Positions 1-13,015 of a stretch of DNA of 64,000 bases are shown piece after piece. Source of the DNA: Octopus sinensis (lineage: Eukaryota); contig NC_043004.1 in assembly GCF_006345805.1 (NCBI RefSeq), positions 21,700,001 through 21,764,000 on the forward strand, read 5' to 3'. Every line of letters starts with the position of its first letter. Positions within the stretch are counted from its first letter, which is position 1. The notes under the pieces were generated by a model. The model saw only the letters and a list, made by a program, of their open reading frames with translations. It had not been told where the DNA came from and did no database searches. The position numbers and the translations under genes were made by a program.

Positions 1-1049
1 TCAACAAGTTATCATTGAAAATTTCGGATGTCGACCCAAATTGCGTCTATTAAATTCTACTCACAAAGTATTTCTTAATCCGAGAAGACAGCTGGTGATA
101 TTTGACCACATATAGAGCAGTATGCTGGAAAACGAAACCGGGTGGTTGTGAGGTGAACTAATCTCTGAACGTATCAAACATCTCAGTGAAAATTTAAAAT
201 TCAAATCACTCTACTACTAGTCGATTGCTATGTAGAAGATTTACGAAAGGGGCTCGAGATCTTATAAATAATGAGAGAAAGAGGAACGAGTGACATGTGG
301 GTATCTGAATGGAGAGTATCAAAACAAGCCAGCTCATGCCACTGAACTAGGTGTAAAGAGAGAAGACAGCTCATTTATATGTCAGGGTTTGGAGTGTATT
401 ATTCCATTCCAATGAATCAGTAACCACTTTACTATGTAGTGTTGTGAGAATACCTGGAAACTGAAGTGTTTTCTGTCTCTGGAGAAGAACTATAATCTTT
501 GTCAATGATTGTATGTTTTGGGACCTGAATTTAGTTTATAAAATACAATGAAAATATTGAAGCTAGAAAACATATTTGGTATAATCTTCAGATAGGAGAC
601 ATTTTAAAAAATGTCTCGGCTAGTGAGTAGTTAGATAGGATATATAGCTATCAACATTCTCCTAAACCGAAACATTATGCTATCTAAATTCTTCACGAAC
701 AAGCTCAAATATTTTTTAATCAGAGCGAGATAATGGCAGTTATAGAAGTTTATTGCCAGAATTGGTATTATTAGAAATGCAGATAGGATGTGGCTGTAAA
801 AATGACAAAACCACAGCAGTTGGCATAACAACAATATAGCGTAAGAGAATAAACAAGTGACAAGAAGGCATTAAATGAAACACAACAGTAACGGTAGCAG
901 TAACAAGAAACATCCTTCCTTCCTGTAAACAGCAAATGTAAGCAGAAAAAAAGAGGCAAACTGGGCAATAACATAAATTTTATAGCCAACTTTAAAGTCG
1001 ATAAATCTAAGAACAAAAGATACATGCGTAGGACTGGTGAAAAAAGAAA

Positions 1050-1200
1050 TACTGATATAGATGTTATACAAGTCTGTATCATCCATAACAGCAAATGAAA
1101 ATATTCAGGTAAAATAGAGCACATGACACAAGAGAAATTGGAGTAAATGAATCCCGCGCAATTCGATTTGGCTTGTACCAAACTGACAATTAAATAGTGG
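1050..1200 (+). mobile_element. Very old LINE reverse transcriptase remnant
   Basis: Frameshifted translation gives ISL.SITAK...GKIEHMTQEKL*MNPAQF, which resembles the RPISLL...QFGF region of LINE RTs; A-rich sense strand. Confidence 0.3.
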
Positions 1201-1993
1201 TGCAAGATCAAAGTTTAACCTGGAAAAATTGGCTTCTTTCTCAATTTAGTTAAAGGGCTGGCAGTTCTGACTACACTTTTACATACATAAAAATACAGAT
1301 GGTTTATAACAAAAGTGATATGTTTCACCTAGAAGCAGCTTGATAGGAAATTCTTTTACAATGGCGCAGTGCATATATTAATCATATTTATTTGCTAGTT
1401 TATCATGATAAAATATAAATAAATAATTCACAGATTCTCTAAACATTTCTAGATTATACTGTCCTCGCTCAGACAGACGTGATAAATCTTGTGATTGTGG
1501 TTGTTTAATCCTGTGTTAGCCTTGACTAATGCAAAACCTTTTCAACTATGACATTTCCCTCTCATTCTAAAATACGCTATATCTAAGACTAACCTATCCA
1601 ATAATTTTAAATTATGAAAGACAGAAGGATATAATATGAAATGAGATAATTTGGTTGCTAATTTTAGTAAGATGAATAACAAGGCTAGGGCAATTGTGGT
1701 TATGTTTAGAGTATAACATTATTTTTACAGTATATGCAGACTAGGAGTAAACAGATACCATTTGATGACAGGTTTACGGATTTTAATTGTTTACTAATAT
1801 GATCTATGTTTGAAACACATACGGATTAATTCCTGCTTATCCTTCGGTCATCTAGTGCCAGTCATCCTAAAACTAGCGTGACGTAATTTGACTACACGTT
1901 ACTCTTAAATACAAAACCATTCTTCTACTGTTATAAAACCAGTATTATAATGCTTTGTACGCCAAGCGTAAGGGCTGAAACTTTGGAGAAACA

Positions 1994-2044
1994 GGGTTAG
2001 TCCATTAGATCAATCCCAGTGCTAAACTGGTACTTATTTTATCC
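1994..2044 (-). mobile_element. Fragment of the abundant SINE family seen at 23636 and 24582
   Basis: cccagtgctaaactggtacttattttatc is a diverged reverse complement of gataaattaagtaccagttacgcactg in the 23636 copy. Confidence 0.55.
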
Positions 2045-2460
2045 TTTTAGTAGTTTGTCGGAATATCGTCTATTTGTTCATGTATAGTTCGTGGAGATTT
2101 TGTTGGAGTGTTACGCTGTTGTTACCCTGCGTTACAATATATCAGGAGTAAGTTCCTTCAGTTTAAACCTTTTGCACATTCAGTTTACGGTCCCAGCATA
2201 CGTGACAAAGTTTTCACCCTCTCTTTTAACTAGATTCCAACACACCAATCGAGTGGTAAATACAGAAATCTTATCGTTGAATATTTGATGGGGTAATTTG
2301 AAATTCTAATATCGCCAACTGGCCATGAAACATATTACACTCTATAAGCGTGTAATAACAATAAACGTACAACGAAGCAGGGTAATAACAACGTGACAAA
2401 CCAAGAAACTGCTCGAACTATACCTGAAACAACAAACGATATTCCGGCAAACTACCAAAA
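2045..2460. repeat. Foldback / MITE-like element with ~85-bp inverted arms
   Basis: 2045-2130 aligns to the reverse complement of 2377-2460 at roughly 80% identity (40 of the first 47 positions match); ~245-bp spacer; no TSD seen. Confidence 0.8.
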
Positions 2461-2628
2461 CGGCACCTTACGATTTCCTGCAATTGCCGCCTACTTTCTC
2501 TCTCTCTCTCTTTCTCTCAGTCAAACTGCTACTATTTATAGTCATTTGGTCATGTCTATTCTCGCAAGAGATTTCGTGACCCTCGTCACAACAGCAAACA
2601 ATGTAAATCTCGGTAGCATTTGAATTCT

Positions 2629-2684
<56 letters not shown>

Positions 2685-2689
2685 TAATA
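2629..2689. repeat. (TAA)n microsatellite
   Basis: Direct reading. Confidence 0.98.
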
Positions 2690-3653
2690 CAAACTGAGGG
2701 CAGGGGAGCCAGAAGCCTCTGCATGGACAGTATATACTTCGAAGCCGAAATGCTGATGAAGACCAAGCAGCAACCCATCAGTGGCTGAGAAGTTCAGAAC
2801 TGACGGCAGAGACTGAAGGTTTCATATTAGCGGCACAAGACTAAAACTTGCTTACCAAAAACTACCAGGCTAATGTTCTTCAAAACGGTTCTGACACTAA
2901 ATGCAGATTATGCAATACATTTGACGAAACAAAAGACCATCTCGTCTCGGAATGTCCTTTGCTGACACCAAATGAATGCAAAAATCACCACAATAGGGCA
3001 GCACAATATTTACATTGGAAAATACGTAAACACTACAAAATTAACACTCCTGCTTACTGGTATGAATATCATCCTGAGCAAGACATTGAAGGTAAAAATG
3101 TCACTATCCTTTGGAATTTTCCAATCAACACTGACAGAACGATCCAGGCTAATCGACCAGACAATGTCATTAAAGACAGGGAAGAAAATACTTGTAGACT
3201 AATAGATGTAAGTGTTCCCGCTGATAAAAATATATCTTTAAAAGTATTTGATAAATTGAGTAAATATAAGGACCTAGAAATTGGAATACAAAAGATGCAG
3301 CATCTTAAAGTGAGAACTGTTCCAGTTATTGTGGGTGCCCTAGGTATGGTAAGAAAGGGATGTCAAAAATATTTATATAATATCCCAGGATAACCATGTC
3401 TCAGAGAAATCCAAAATATTGTGCTAACATGTACTGGCCACATCCTTAGAAAATCCCAACCAATTTAAATGTCTGTGTTGTATGACAGGAAGATATTTTG
3501 CTACTTTCCCTGCCACTTCTCCTCCCCACACTTTCAGTCATACTGTAACATCTCTTATCTTTCACTCGTCCTAGAACCCTGGGTGTGTCTCGGCAAATGA
3601 TTGTAACAAATATGCAGATTAAAAAAGTTGATAATAAAAGGTGATAATGATAA
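2690..3653 (+). mobile_element. 5'-truncated R4/Dong-type non-LTR retrotransposon (RLE endonuclease), 3' end
   Basis: One frame reads KPLHGQY...WLRSSELTAETEGFILAAQD*NLLTKNYQ, CCHC knuckle CRLCNTFDETKDHLVSEC, RLE core RPDNVIKD...LIDVSVP, KYKDLEI, VPVIVGALG, *PCLREIQNIVLTCTGHILRK; the 3' UTR ends in a gataat-rich tail. Confidence 0.85.
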
Positions 3654-4700
3654 CCCCTTTCATCAGAATGACCTTCTGTAAGAAGACTTAGAGTGGTTGT
3701 CAACTCCACTAGTTCCACATGATCGCATTGAAAAGATTTCTTTAGAGTTGCATCGACAATTTGTAATCTGGCACCATTATTTTGAAGTAGAATATACTCC
3801 TTTTAAGATACCGTAACCAGTTGGTCATGTGTAGCGGAAACAGAATCATGTCTACGTCTCCGTGCATAGTCAGGCATCTGTTTCAGTCGCTTTGCCCTGG
3901 TTTCATCTGATTCAGTTGTCTAGCTTTCTCTCTGACGTTGTGCCTTTGCTGCTAAATTTTCTTTTTCAGTCGCATATTATATATAAATGAAAGCTCGTTA
4001 TAACCTATCTTGTTTACCGTGCTAGAAATAGTAGCGATCACATAGTTATTATTGTTTATAGCGTTCCAAGTAGCCATACCAACAAAATCACTTCTTTAAT
4101 AAAAAAAAAAAAAAATTATACCGGTGTATAAAAGAATTTTCATTAAACAAACTCCGAGAACTGATAATATTCTTGAAATTGTGCTTCGTATCAAAGTTAT
4201 ACAGCTATTTTGTGAAATACCACGCATTCATTCAACACAAAATCACTTTCAAATTATACCAGTGTATTTTTAAAAAATCATTTTATCAAAAATATTCATT
4301 TAACAAATTCCGGAAATTAATAATATTCTTGAAATTGTGTCTCGTATCAAAGTTATACAGCTATTATTAAATTATTATGAATGAAAATAGAGGCGAGCGC
4401 GAATGAGTGACGATTGCAAATAAAAACGTAAAATGTTGCCTGCAACGAATTAATAGTGTTTATTATTAAATATAAAAAATCTACTTCGCAGTGAATGCAA
4501 TGAATATTTTAATTCATAAAGAACTGAACGCAGTGAATGCAATGAATATTTAAATTTGCCTGAAAATAAAGTTTAAAAATTCAATAAACTATAGCGAATT
4601 TCTTAGAACATGAATTTATAAAAATATTTCCAGACGGTCAAGCTTTTAACATTGCTTTCTTTTAGTACTTTTAGTAATTGTTACATACCTAATTAATAAG
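3654..4700 (-). mobile_element. Probable Helitron 5'/N-terminal remnant
   Basis: Minus frame ENLAAKAQRQRES*TTESDETRAKRLKQMPDYARRRRHD resembles the charged N-terminal repeats of Helitron RepHel proteins; the adjacent AT-rich region has internal tandem duplications. Confidence 0.45.
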
Positions 4701-4715
4701 CAGCTTTCTCCATTG

Positions 4716-4721
4716 TTATTA

Positions 4722-4800
<79 letters not shown>
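4716..4800. repeat. (TAT)n microsatellite
   Basis: Direct reading. Confidence 0.97.
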
Positions 4801-4807
4801 TTTGACT

Positions 4808-5146
4808 GGCTCAGTGGTTAGAGCGTCGAGCTTACGATCGTGAGGTTGTGAGCTCGAATCCCGGACGGGGCTGCGTGTTGTGTTCTTGAGCAAGGCACTT
4901 TATTTCACGTTGCTCCAGTTCACTCAGCTGTAGAAATGAGTTGCGACGTCACAGGTGCCAAGCTGTATCGGCCCTTGCCTTTCCCTTGGACAACATCGGT
5001 GACGTGGAGAGGGGAGGCCGGTATGCATGGGCGACTGCTGGCCTTCCATAAAACAACCTTGCCCAGACTTGTGCCTCAGAGGGTATCTCTCTAGGTGCAA
5101 ACCCATGGTCAGTGCCTGACCGAAGGGGGTCTTTACCCTTTACCCT
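4808..5146 (+). mobile_element. tRNA-derived SINE with CORE/Meta-like central domain and 12-bp TSD
   Basis: A box tggctcagtgg, B-box-like gagctcgaatccc, central ttgagcaaggcacttt motif, ctttaccc tandem tail; TSD ttatttttgact at 4796-4807 and 5147-5158. Confidence 0.88.
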
Positions 5147-5158
5147 TTATTTTTGACT

Positions 5159-5318
5159 TTTGCTTCAAATTTGTACAAGTTGGCTCCAAGTCTCACCCAG
5201 AGACCTCAAGAGACAACAAGTTGGAAGTTCATGTTGGTGTTATGCCTAGGGTGCCATATATTTGGTTTTGTATTTAGTGTTGTACTAGTGAATGCCTAAA
5301 AAACCATACGAAAATTGT
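5159..5318 (-). mobile_element. 3' UTR fragment of an R4/Dong-type element
   Basis: Minus strand ctctgggtgagacttgg...ttgtacaaatttgaagcaaaaagtc resembles the 3' UTR at ~3575-3630 (ccctgggtgtgtctcgg...ttgtaacaaatatgcagattaaaaaagtt); flanked by (AAT)n on its sense strand. Confidence 0.6.
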
Positions 5319-5333
5319 TTATTATTATTATTA

Positions 5334-5372
<39 letters not shown>

Positions 5373-5405
5373 TACTATTATTATTATTATTATTACTATT
5401 ATTAC

Positions 5406-5453
<48 letters not shown>

Positions 5454-5546
5454 TATTATCATTATCCTTATAATTATTATTATTATTATCATTATTATTA
5501 TTATTATTATTATCATCATCATCATCATCATCATTATCATCGTCAA

Positions 5547-5595
<49 letters not shown>
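5319..5595. repeat. Long (TAT)n/(CAT)n microsatellite
   Basis: Direct reading. Confidence 0.97.
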
Positions 5596-5596
<1 letters not shown>

Positions 5597-6083
5597 GCCT
5601 TCTTTCTTTAATCGAATACACATCACTTCACCGAGTGATTAGTACCACATTACAAATAATTTGTAAATAAAATCAAATTTAAAACAAACACATTGGCGTT
5701 AATGACATCTTAACGCATTCATATTATTCCGATGGCAACGTAGAATATTCTGATCAGACCAAAACAGATTGAATTATGTTGGCAAGTAATAAAGCAAAGA
5801 GTTTAGTGCAATGTAAAAAAAACAACACCTACACCCACTCACACGCCTATATGTAAATAGTTATATATACGTATATATATATACATACACACATGTATAA
5901 ATGTGTGCGCGTGTGATATAACATTTACAGAGTATAGAGGGTATTTGATTGTTCTTCTTACATTAGCAAAATTCGCAGCTAATACGTATACGAATGTATA
6001 TGTATACATGAGGTATATGCGATAAATGCTTTCTCTTTCACCGTCTTTTCCCCAATCTGTTAGTCACTGTCTCTGTGTTTCTG

Positions 6084-6128
<45 letters not shown>

Positions 6129-6619
6129 CCCCTCATACATACGCTTATATGTATGTGCATGTATACGTACCCACATGTGTGATTTTGTGTGTCTGTGCGC
6201 GTGTGTGTGTTTGTGTGTGCGTGTATATATATATATCCAAAAACAAACAGTTGAAGCGGGATTTTTTTCGAATTCAAATTATATAAACCACTGTTTTTTA
6301 TTTTACTTTCTTGAAATTTTTTGTTATTATACTGTTTTAATTCTATTTAGCAAGTATCTTTTGACACCACCACTTGGGCACGTGCGTGAAAGCGCGTGAA
6401 TAGTGGTTAAAGCGTTGCATTCACGATCTCTAAGTCATGCATTTGATTGCTGAGAAAAACACTTACCTTCACCTTGCTCTGGTGCTGTGTGGGGAATGGC
6501 ATGTTAAAGCATAAACGAAACGTTTACTGCACGTGTCGTAAAAAAGTATTGTCTACTCACGGCATTCACCGACTCCTTCTGAATTCACTGGGTTGTGAGT
6601 ACATAAGAGTTTCAAAGGA

Positions 6620-7020
6620 CGATCAGGGTCCGCGAAAACAGATCCTCTCTGTATTTGTAAGCCACAGTACGCGACCGGTGACAGGTGGTCCTCGTGTTAA
6701 GCCTTCTCACCGCAGAATGCCCGCAGACGAGATCCAACGCCACACAGGATGCCGCTGGATTCCAGACAACAGCCGCCGGGAATCTTCCATTGCCCTCCAT
6801 TTAGCCGGGTTGCGACCCTCGCACCACCGGTGTCTGATCTGCCCGCCTTGGGTGGCCCTACCAGGTATTCGAAGTTCCCTATGGCATAGCACTGACAAAC
6901 AATCGTTTAATCTTTCCACCACGATGACGTCAAGAGTTGGACTTTGAAGAAGGATAAATTCAATTAAAAGAAGACAGTCAGGATTTCGTCTCTGTCCCCC
7001 AAGAACCCTCACCGGCAACA
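6620..7020 (-). mobile_element. GC-rich segment resembling an RTE-type LINE 5' UTR
   Basis: GC island in AT-rich surroundings; minus strand cctggtagggccacccaagg resembles a motif I associate with RTE 5' ends; no ORF support. Confidence 0.35.
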
Positions 7021-7601
7021 ACTACACAAACAAGCCAGCCCAAAGATGGGAGTGTTGTTACCTGAGTGGCGAAAAGGCGTCATCCACCTACAGTAGTAGG
7101 GGATACAAACATGTGGTGGATACAGCTACGCACTATTACTGCACACGCCTTCTTATATCTCTATAGTTATGCATTGTCGAGTATATATTCGAAAAAATGC
7201 CATTATCAAAATGTGAGATCATATTAATTGCCGCTTAAATTCATAACAGTAATGCTATTCAGGACTCCAGGCAAATTTACTTGCAAAGATTTGGTTGCCC
7301 AGGCGGATCTCAAAGATGCTTGAGCGTTAGCAGTCATCGGTGTTAGGACTAATAATGATTGCACTGAAGAGACGAGTGACGGGTAAGGTAAAGAGCTGCG
7401 ATGTGAGAGGAAGAAGTAGGGAATAATATGGGAGAAATGCGAATGAAGAACTTGTTTAAGAAGCCGCATCAGATGCCATGATAGTGCTAAGGTGTAGGCA
7501 CAGGGGTGGTGGTCAACTCTGCACAAGGAGTAGACAACCACAATATGTGTATATATATATATATATACATATAGATAGATAGTAGATAGATATAGATATA
7601 G

Positions 7602-7650
<49 letters not shown>

Positions 7651-7655
7651 CATGT

Positions 7656-7687
<32 letters not shown>

Positions 7688-8042
7688 TTGCGTATTGCAG
7701 TTTGCATTTATAATCACCAGGAATTCAACTTTTCTATTTCTATTTCTCTTTCTCTCTCCTTCCCTCTATCTACCTATCTATCTATCATCTGTTTATATGT
7801 TTAGTTATAAACATGTCCATCTGTAATAATATATATAAATATACATAGATATCACCCCTCAGCGATACAAATACAAGTGTTTATATGCACAAGTCCATAC
7901 GAGACGCTTCTTTTATGGTAAATAACAGAGTAATCTGTATTCTAGCACATCCAATTTTGGCGGGAGGTCAATATTACCTTTTGGTGATAATATTACTTCT
8001 GAAGCTATTAATTATATTTGTGTGTGTGTGTGTGTATATGTA

Positions 8043-8097
<55 letters not shown>

Positions 8098-8354
8098 ATG
8101 ATTTGCTCTAAACCGAACAGATATAGGCATTGGATGTCAAAACCCAGTTGCTTGGCATGCAAGGATGTTTTGAAATAGTTGCGTGATATAAAATGAACTA
8201 ATATACATTTTGAGAAAGCAGACGTAATTAGAAATTATACACAGTATATCATACAATAAATATATATGTGTGTGTATGTGCAAGATACATACATAGGTAC
8301 TTATATATGCATATATATATGTACGTACATATATATATATATATGTGTGTGCGC

Positions 8355-8397
<43 letters not shown>

Positions 8398-9443
8398 AAT
8401 GCATCAACTGACATATTCAACCATCTTTGTTATTGACAAAAACAGCAGAACTTCACGTAGACAACTTCCATTGAAAGCTTCCGAATGCTACTCCCTATTT
8501 TTAATGTTATGTATACTTTGAGTACAATTTTAGAAACAATTTGAAGGCTACGATGTTGCTATATTTAAGTACGATTGGGTCATAGCTGAACCATCATTGA
8601 GAGGATGGAGTAAAACTGTGATCAAAAACATTCCAACCTACTTAAGTCAACATCAACCACTGTGGCATACATTGGTGTAAAAACGCAATTCCTTTGTAAA
8701 CAATGACACAGTGTTCACTGTGTTTCTAAGAAATTCGCCACTTCGTAATTGCTTGTTAAAGGGGGCTAGCTCTATGGGTAGCATCTTGGGCAGGTATTTT
8801 CTATCAGTTAACTAATACAGAATTTGACAACCTATGAGTCCCCGGATGTACATGTAATATATACGTATAGATATATACACACACAAACACACACACACAC
8901 ATCTGTGTTGCTGTCTGTAATTATGTTTATACCGAAACGCAGCAACCTTGTTTATGCAATATTGTAATGCTGTTCTATACTGTGCGGTTTGACAAACAGA
9001 AAGTCTATAAACAAATTTCTGTAGTAAAAGATTCTACTATGGATATGATCTACTTAACACTTGAATGCAATAGTCCAGTATAGCAACAGTCTAATGAAAC
9101 CTTTAAATAACAAACTGGGTTAGAAAATACAATGGAATTCTATGTTAGCATTTCAACTTGAGATATTTAAAATAACATTTAACCTCCTCGGATATTCAGC
9201 TTCCGGTAGGTTTCAAGAAAAGTAGTCAGCAGATTGATGTCAATGGAGATTTAACCAACGTTTCTATCATGAGATCATATATTTTTCCCCATTGGTTCAT
9301 AAATTATAAATGGCCAGTCTGTCTTCGTCTCCTGAAAATATCAAGAGGTAATGTATGTTTTTGTCTGATTTTCCATTCAAAAATTAAAAATTGGAAACCA
9401 CTCAGCAAACAGTATTAATTAATTCTCATAATTCAGAAACCTA

Positions 9444-9482
<39 letters not shown>

Positions 9483-10842
9483 TGTGTGCCTGCGAGTGTA
9501 TGCATGTATATGTCATATTTAGATGCATGTGTTTGTGTTTTAGGTTTGTGTGTAACTGTGTCGTAACTTCAATTTAATGCTACGTCTTGCCTAACAATAC
9601 GATATTTCAATTAACAAATTTCTTTTTTGTATTCTGTTCGTTCTTGAGAAAACAGATTTTTTTTCACTTTTCCTCCTGTTTGGTAGTAAGGAAAACACAT
9701 CTAAAACTAATCAATAAAACCAATAAGACTAAAGATAAAATAAATACGAAAGACGCTTTGTAACTTGGTGTGAAGGAGGAAGCTATTTTTATATAAGATT
9801 TCAGAGAAATATTTTAATAAAACTGAAGTAAAAGTAAAAAAGAACAACATATAGCTAGAGGTATAAATATAATTATGTGACAAGAATGCATAATAAAATG
9901 TACAGTTTCAAAATCGATAGTTTCTGACATATAACTAAGAAATGGTGGATCAAGGGAATTAATTTTGATTCTGAAATTTAGGAAGAAATGTCAGTCAGAT
10001 ACAATTATTTCAAGAAGTGCAATATTTATGTAGTTACATCTTGTTGTACCCAAAACTGCACGACTCACTATTATAATGATAGATGGATTCACAAATAGCT
10101 ATATAACTAGCTAGACCTATCATATATATTATCATCCTGCTAACCTCCACTTTTCGCTGCTACTATGATTTGGACGGAATTCATTGTTAAGTATGTTTTG
10201 TGGTCGCATCATGCCATTCTTCGCGTCAATTCTTACCTATTCTTTAGCAAGGAAGCATTACCACTAGGCCAACCAGGCATATTTTTCATAGAAGATTGGA
10301 AAAGATTACCATCACGAGTATGACGGTCACTTGGCCATACAGTGTTGTATTCATGTGGCAAGAATGTGTCAGTCTGTATCTCCAGAGGTAAAAATATTTT
10401 GCAACTAAATGTTTTTAACTGCCCCAAATTTGAAATAAGTGTTTCTCCAACACACAAATTTTAACCAGTAATTTGTTGCTCCATTCTGATCCTTACAACA
10501 TTCATACATATCTCTTGTACTATTCTGTTATGTAATATTAACTTCAAAGACCTGCACACTTTCATTTTATCTGTAATTAACTACAACTAGGTACTGACTT
10601 ACACCAGCTTTAGAATTTTTCTTCTTCTCCCTCACCCATCTAACACGTCTATTTGTCCCTTCTTTTCCGTCCTTTTCAATTCCTAGTCTGAACAATTCAG
10701 CATTCAATTAACCTCCGTTGTTTATGTCAATAAATTTAGAATAATAATTAAATTCTATACATGTATTCAGTTCCTTTTCCCATAGAAATTCCTGGGCTTG
10801 TGTTAGTTGTTTCCATGTTAATATGTGCCTGGGTATGTGTAT

Positions 10843-10894
<52 letters not shown>

Positions 10895-12704
10895 ATATGA
10901 GTGTTTGTGTGTGTGTGTGTGTGTATGCTTGTTTGTAAGTGCATGTTTTACAACAATGAAAATCTTCAACGTAAATGCTGACACAGACGCCTGCGCAGGT
11001 TAATATGTAAAATAATATTTTGCGTTGGTGCGATTGATTGTCTGAACGTTTTTTATTTTATATAAAACATTTCTGATCTAAACGTCAAACTGGATGTATG
11101 ACAAGAAGTCACTCTACTAGCAATCTTTAAGTTGAAGACGATAATTTCCGGTGTTGTACTTCCGTCGACAATTATAAACGAAGTAGATGAAAGACTTGAA
11201 ATTTAATTAAAGTAAGACGATGTGAACCGAGGAGGTGAGAAAGATATTCAATACATGAGGATTTCGGTTTAGTTTTTGCTACATCAGCTGGCCGTAACAG
11301 TGAACAATTAATTCGCAAGATTGATTCAGTGTCTTCAAAATAATCAGTCTAAGAATAATTCAAAGGAAGATAAAATGCAACAAATTAAGCACGTTGTTTT
11401 TGTGGTCACTGGCAAAGAACGTTAAATGGTTAAATCTGCTAGCAGGAGATTTTCTTTTATCATCTACTATACAATGATGTATTTGTGTCTCAGCGTAATA
11501 TAGATAAATTTTCCTTTTATTTGAAATTCTTGTTCAAAAATTAGAATGAATGTCACGTTCTTCAAGATATAGCTTGTATGTGAAGTATTTAAAATGTCCT
11601 TACTTAGACGTTAGTAACTGAAGTAAAATCAACAATCTCTGTAATTAAGTTTAAGAAAGAAAGTTTCGAAATGCATGTTTCAGCTAAATAGCATAACTCG
11701 GATTAAATTAGGCTTAATTAAAAATTTCACTTTTAATCAATTAGAAGGCGAAGTGAAATAACTATTATTTTCTATGCTTTCTCAGATTATTAAGGTACAA
11801 ATGAGTTCTACTGGATTAGAATTAGAAGATAAGTGGGATTGAATTCAAACAGGCTGCAAATCTGTCATTAAGGCAAGACACAAGGATTTTCTCTCCTCTT
11901 GTTTATTCACACAAGAAAATAATAGAAAATCAGATATACATACAATGTAACGAAAGCAAAATCCAGTAGTTCAAAGAGGAATTACTTCCAAAACTAATTA
12001 GCTATGACCATAGTAATAACATCAATTTTGTTAGAAGCTACAAATGTTTCGGGACAAAAAGGGTATACCAATCTAGTAGCTAGTGTATAGAATAAATATA
12101 AGTGATGGCGATTTTGCAGGGCTTCGAAACTAATGGGAGAAAGAAAAATGTTATCTCGAGATCAGAGATTTGGTTAAAATGCTTGCAACAGTCTAGACTT
12201 TACCAAAGACACTCAAGCGAGTGGTGGAGATAACACGTTTAAGCGATGGAGTTCTAGTGCCCAGAATTAGGAACACTCAATCCGGTGCATCAGCACAGTT
12301 TTCGTCTATCAAGTTTTGCTTAGAAGTCTAGGGCTGGCGAAAAGTTAAGGTAGAAGTTCCTTGATCAAGGTAGTCATCGATGAGATGAAACGCTGGACCA
12401 TGTAGTTTCGAAGTGAATTTTCCCTTCACACGACATGTCTCCATTTGATACCGGCATATTTTGGTTACCCTGATATATGTATGAAACGGTCTGATGGATT
12501 TGAGCCAAAACATGTAGGTCTACATTTGACAGATTCCACATTGCAGTACACTAACTGCAATTAAGGTTTCATATTCGTCGGTAAACTATATATTTGCATA
12601 TAAACAAGGGACACAGAGACTAAAAGAAGGTGAGGGACAGTGTAGGTGCAGGTGTCTCAGTGTATGCGTAGGTGTTGGTGCATAGAAGCATGTGTTACTG
12701 AGTA

Positions 12705-13015
12705 GTGCAAGCGTGGGTGTGGGTGTATGTTTGAGAAGATTGCTTCGCAACTATGTGACTTGGTTTCAGTCCCACTGCATGGTAACTTGGGCAAGTATCT
12801 TCTGCTGTAGCACCAGGCCACATCACAAACGCTTGACAACCGATGTTGGATTGTTTACGTCTCCGAAATTTAGCGTTTCAGCAAAAGAAACCAATAGAAT
12901 ACGTAACAGGCTTTAAAAAATAACGACGGGGGTTGGTTTGTTCGATTAGATACTTCAAGACGGTGCCCCAGCATGGCCTAAGCCCAATGAATGAAGCAAG
13001 TCAAAGATTGAAAGA
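12705..13015 (+). mobile_element. Abundant tRNA-derived SINE, internally deleted copy
   Basis: tcagtcccactgcatgg...gcttgacaaccgatgttgg...ccagcatggcc blocks shared with the copies at 26490, 28225, 29515 and 46245. Confidence 0.8.

Noticed and set aside
771-1211. Hydrophobic 146-aa ORF resembling a membrane protein
   Set aside because: It is the T-rich antisense of an A-rich decayed LINE, which yields F/L/I/C-rich frames artefactually.
5292-5621. Poly-Tyr/Ile/Leu ORFs, and similar YI, CV, HT and LSIY ORFs throughout the track
   Set aside because: They are translations of stop-free frames of microsatellites, not genes.
9200-9347. Possible plus-strand exon LPVGFKKSSQQIDVNGDLTNVSIMRSYIFPHWF
   Set aside because: Weak acceptor, no recognisable homology, and the kinase-like reading on the minus strand is interrupted by a stop.
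11160-12300. Possible hAT transposase remnant
   Set aside because: No diagnostic motif could be read in any frame; left unassigned.
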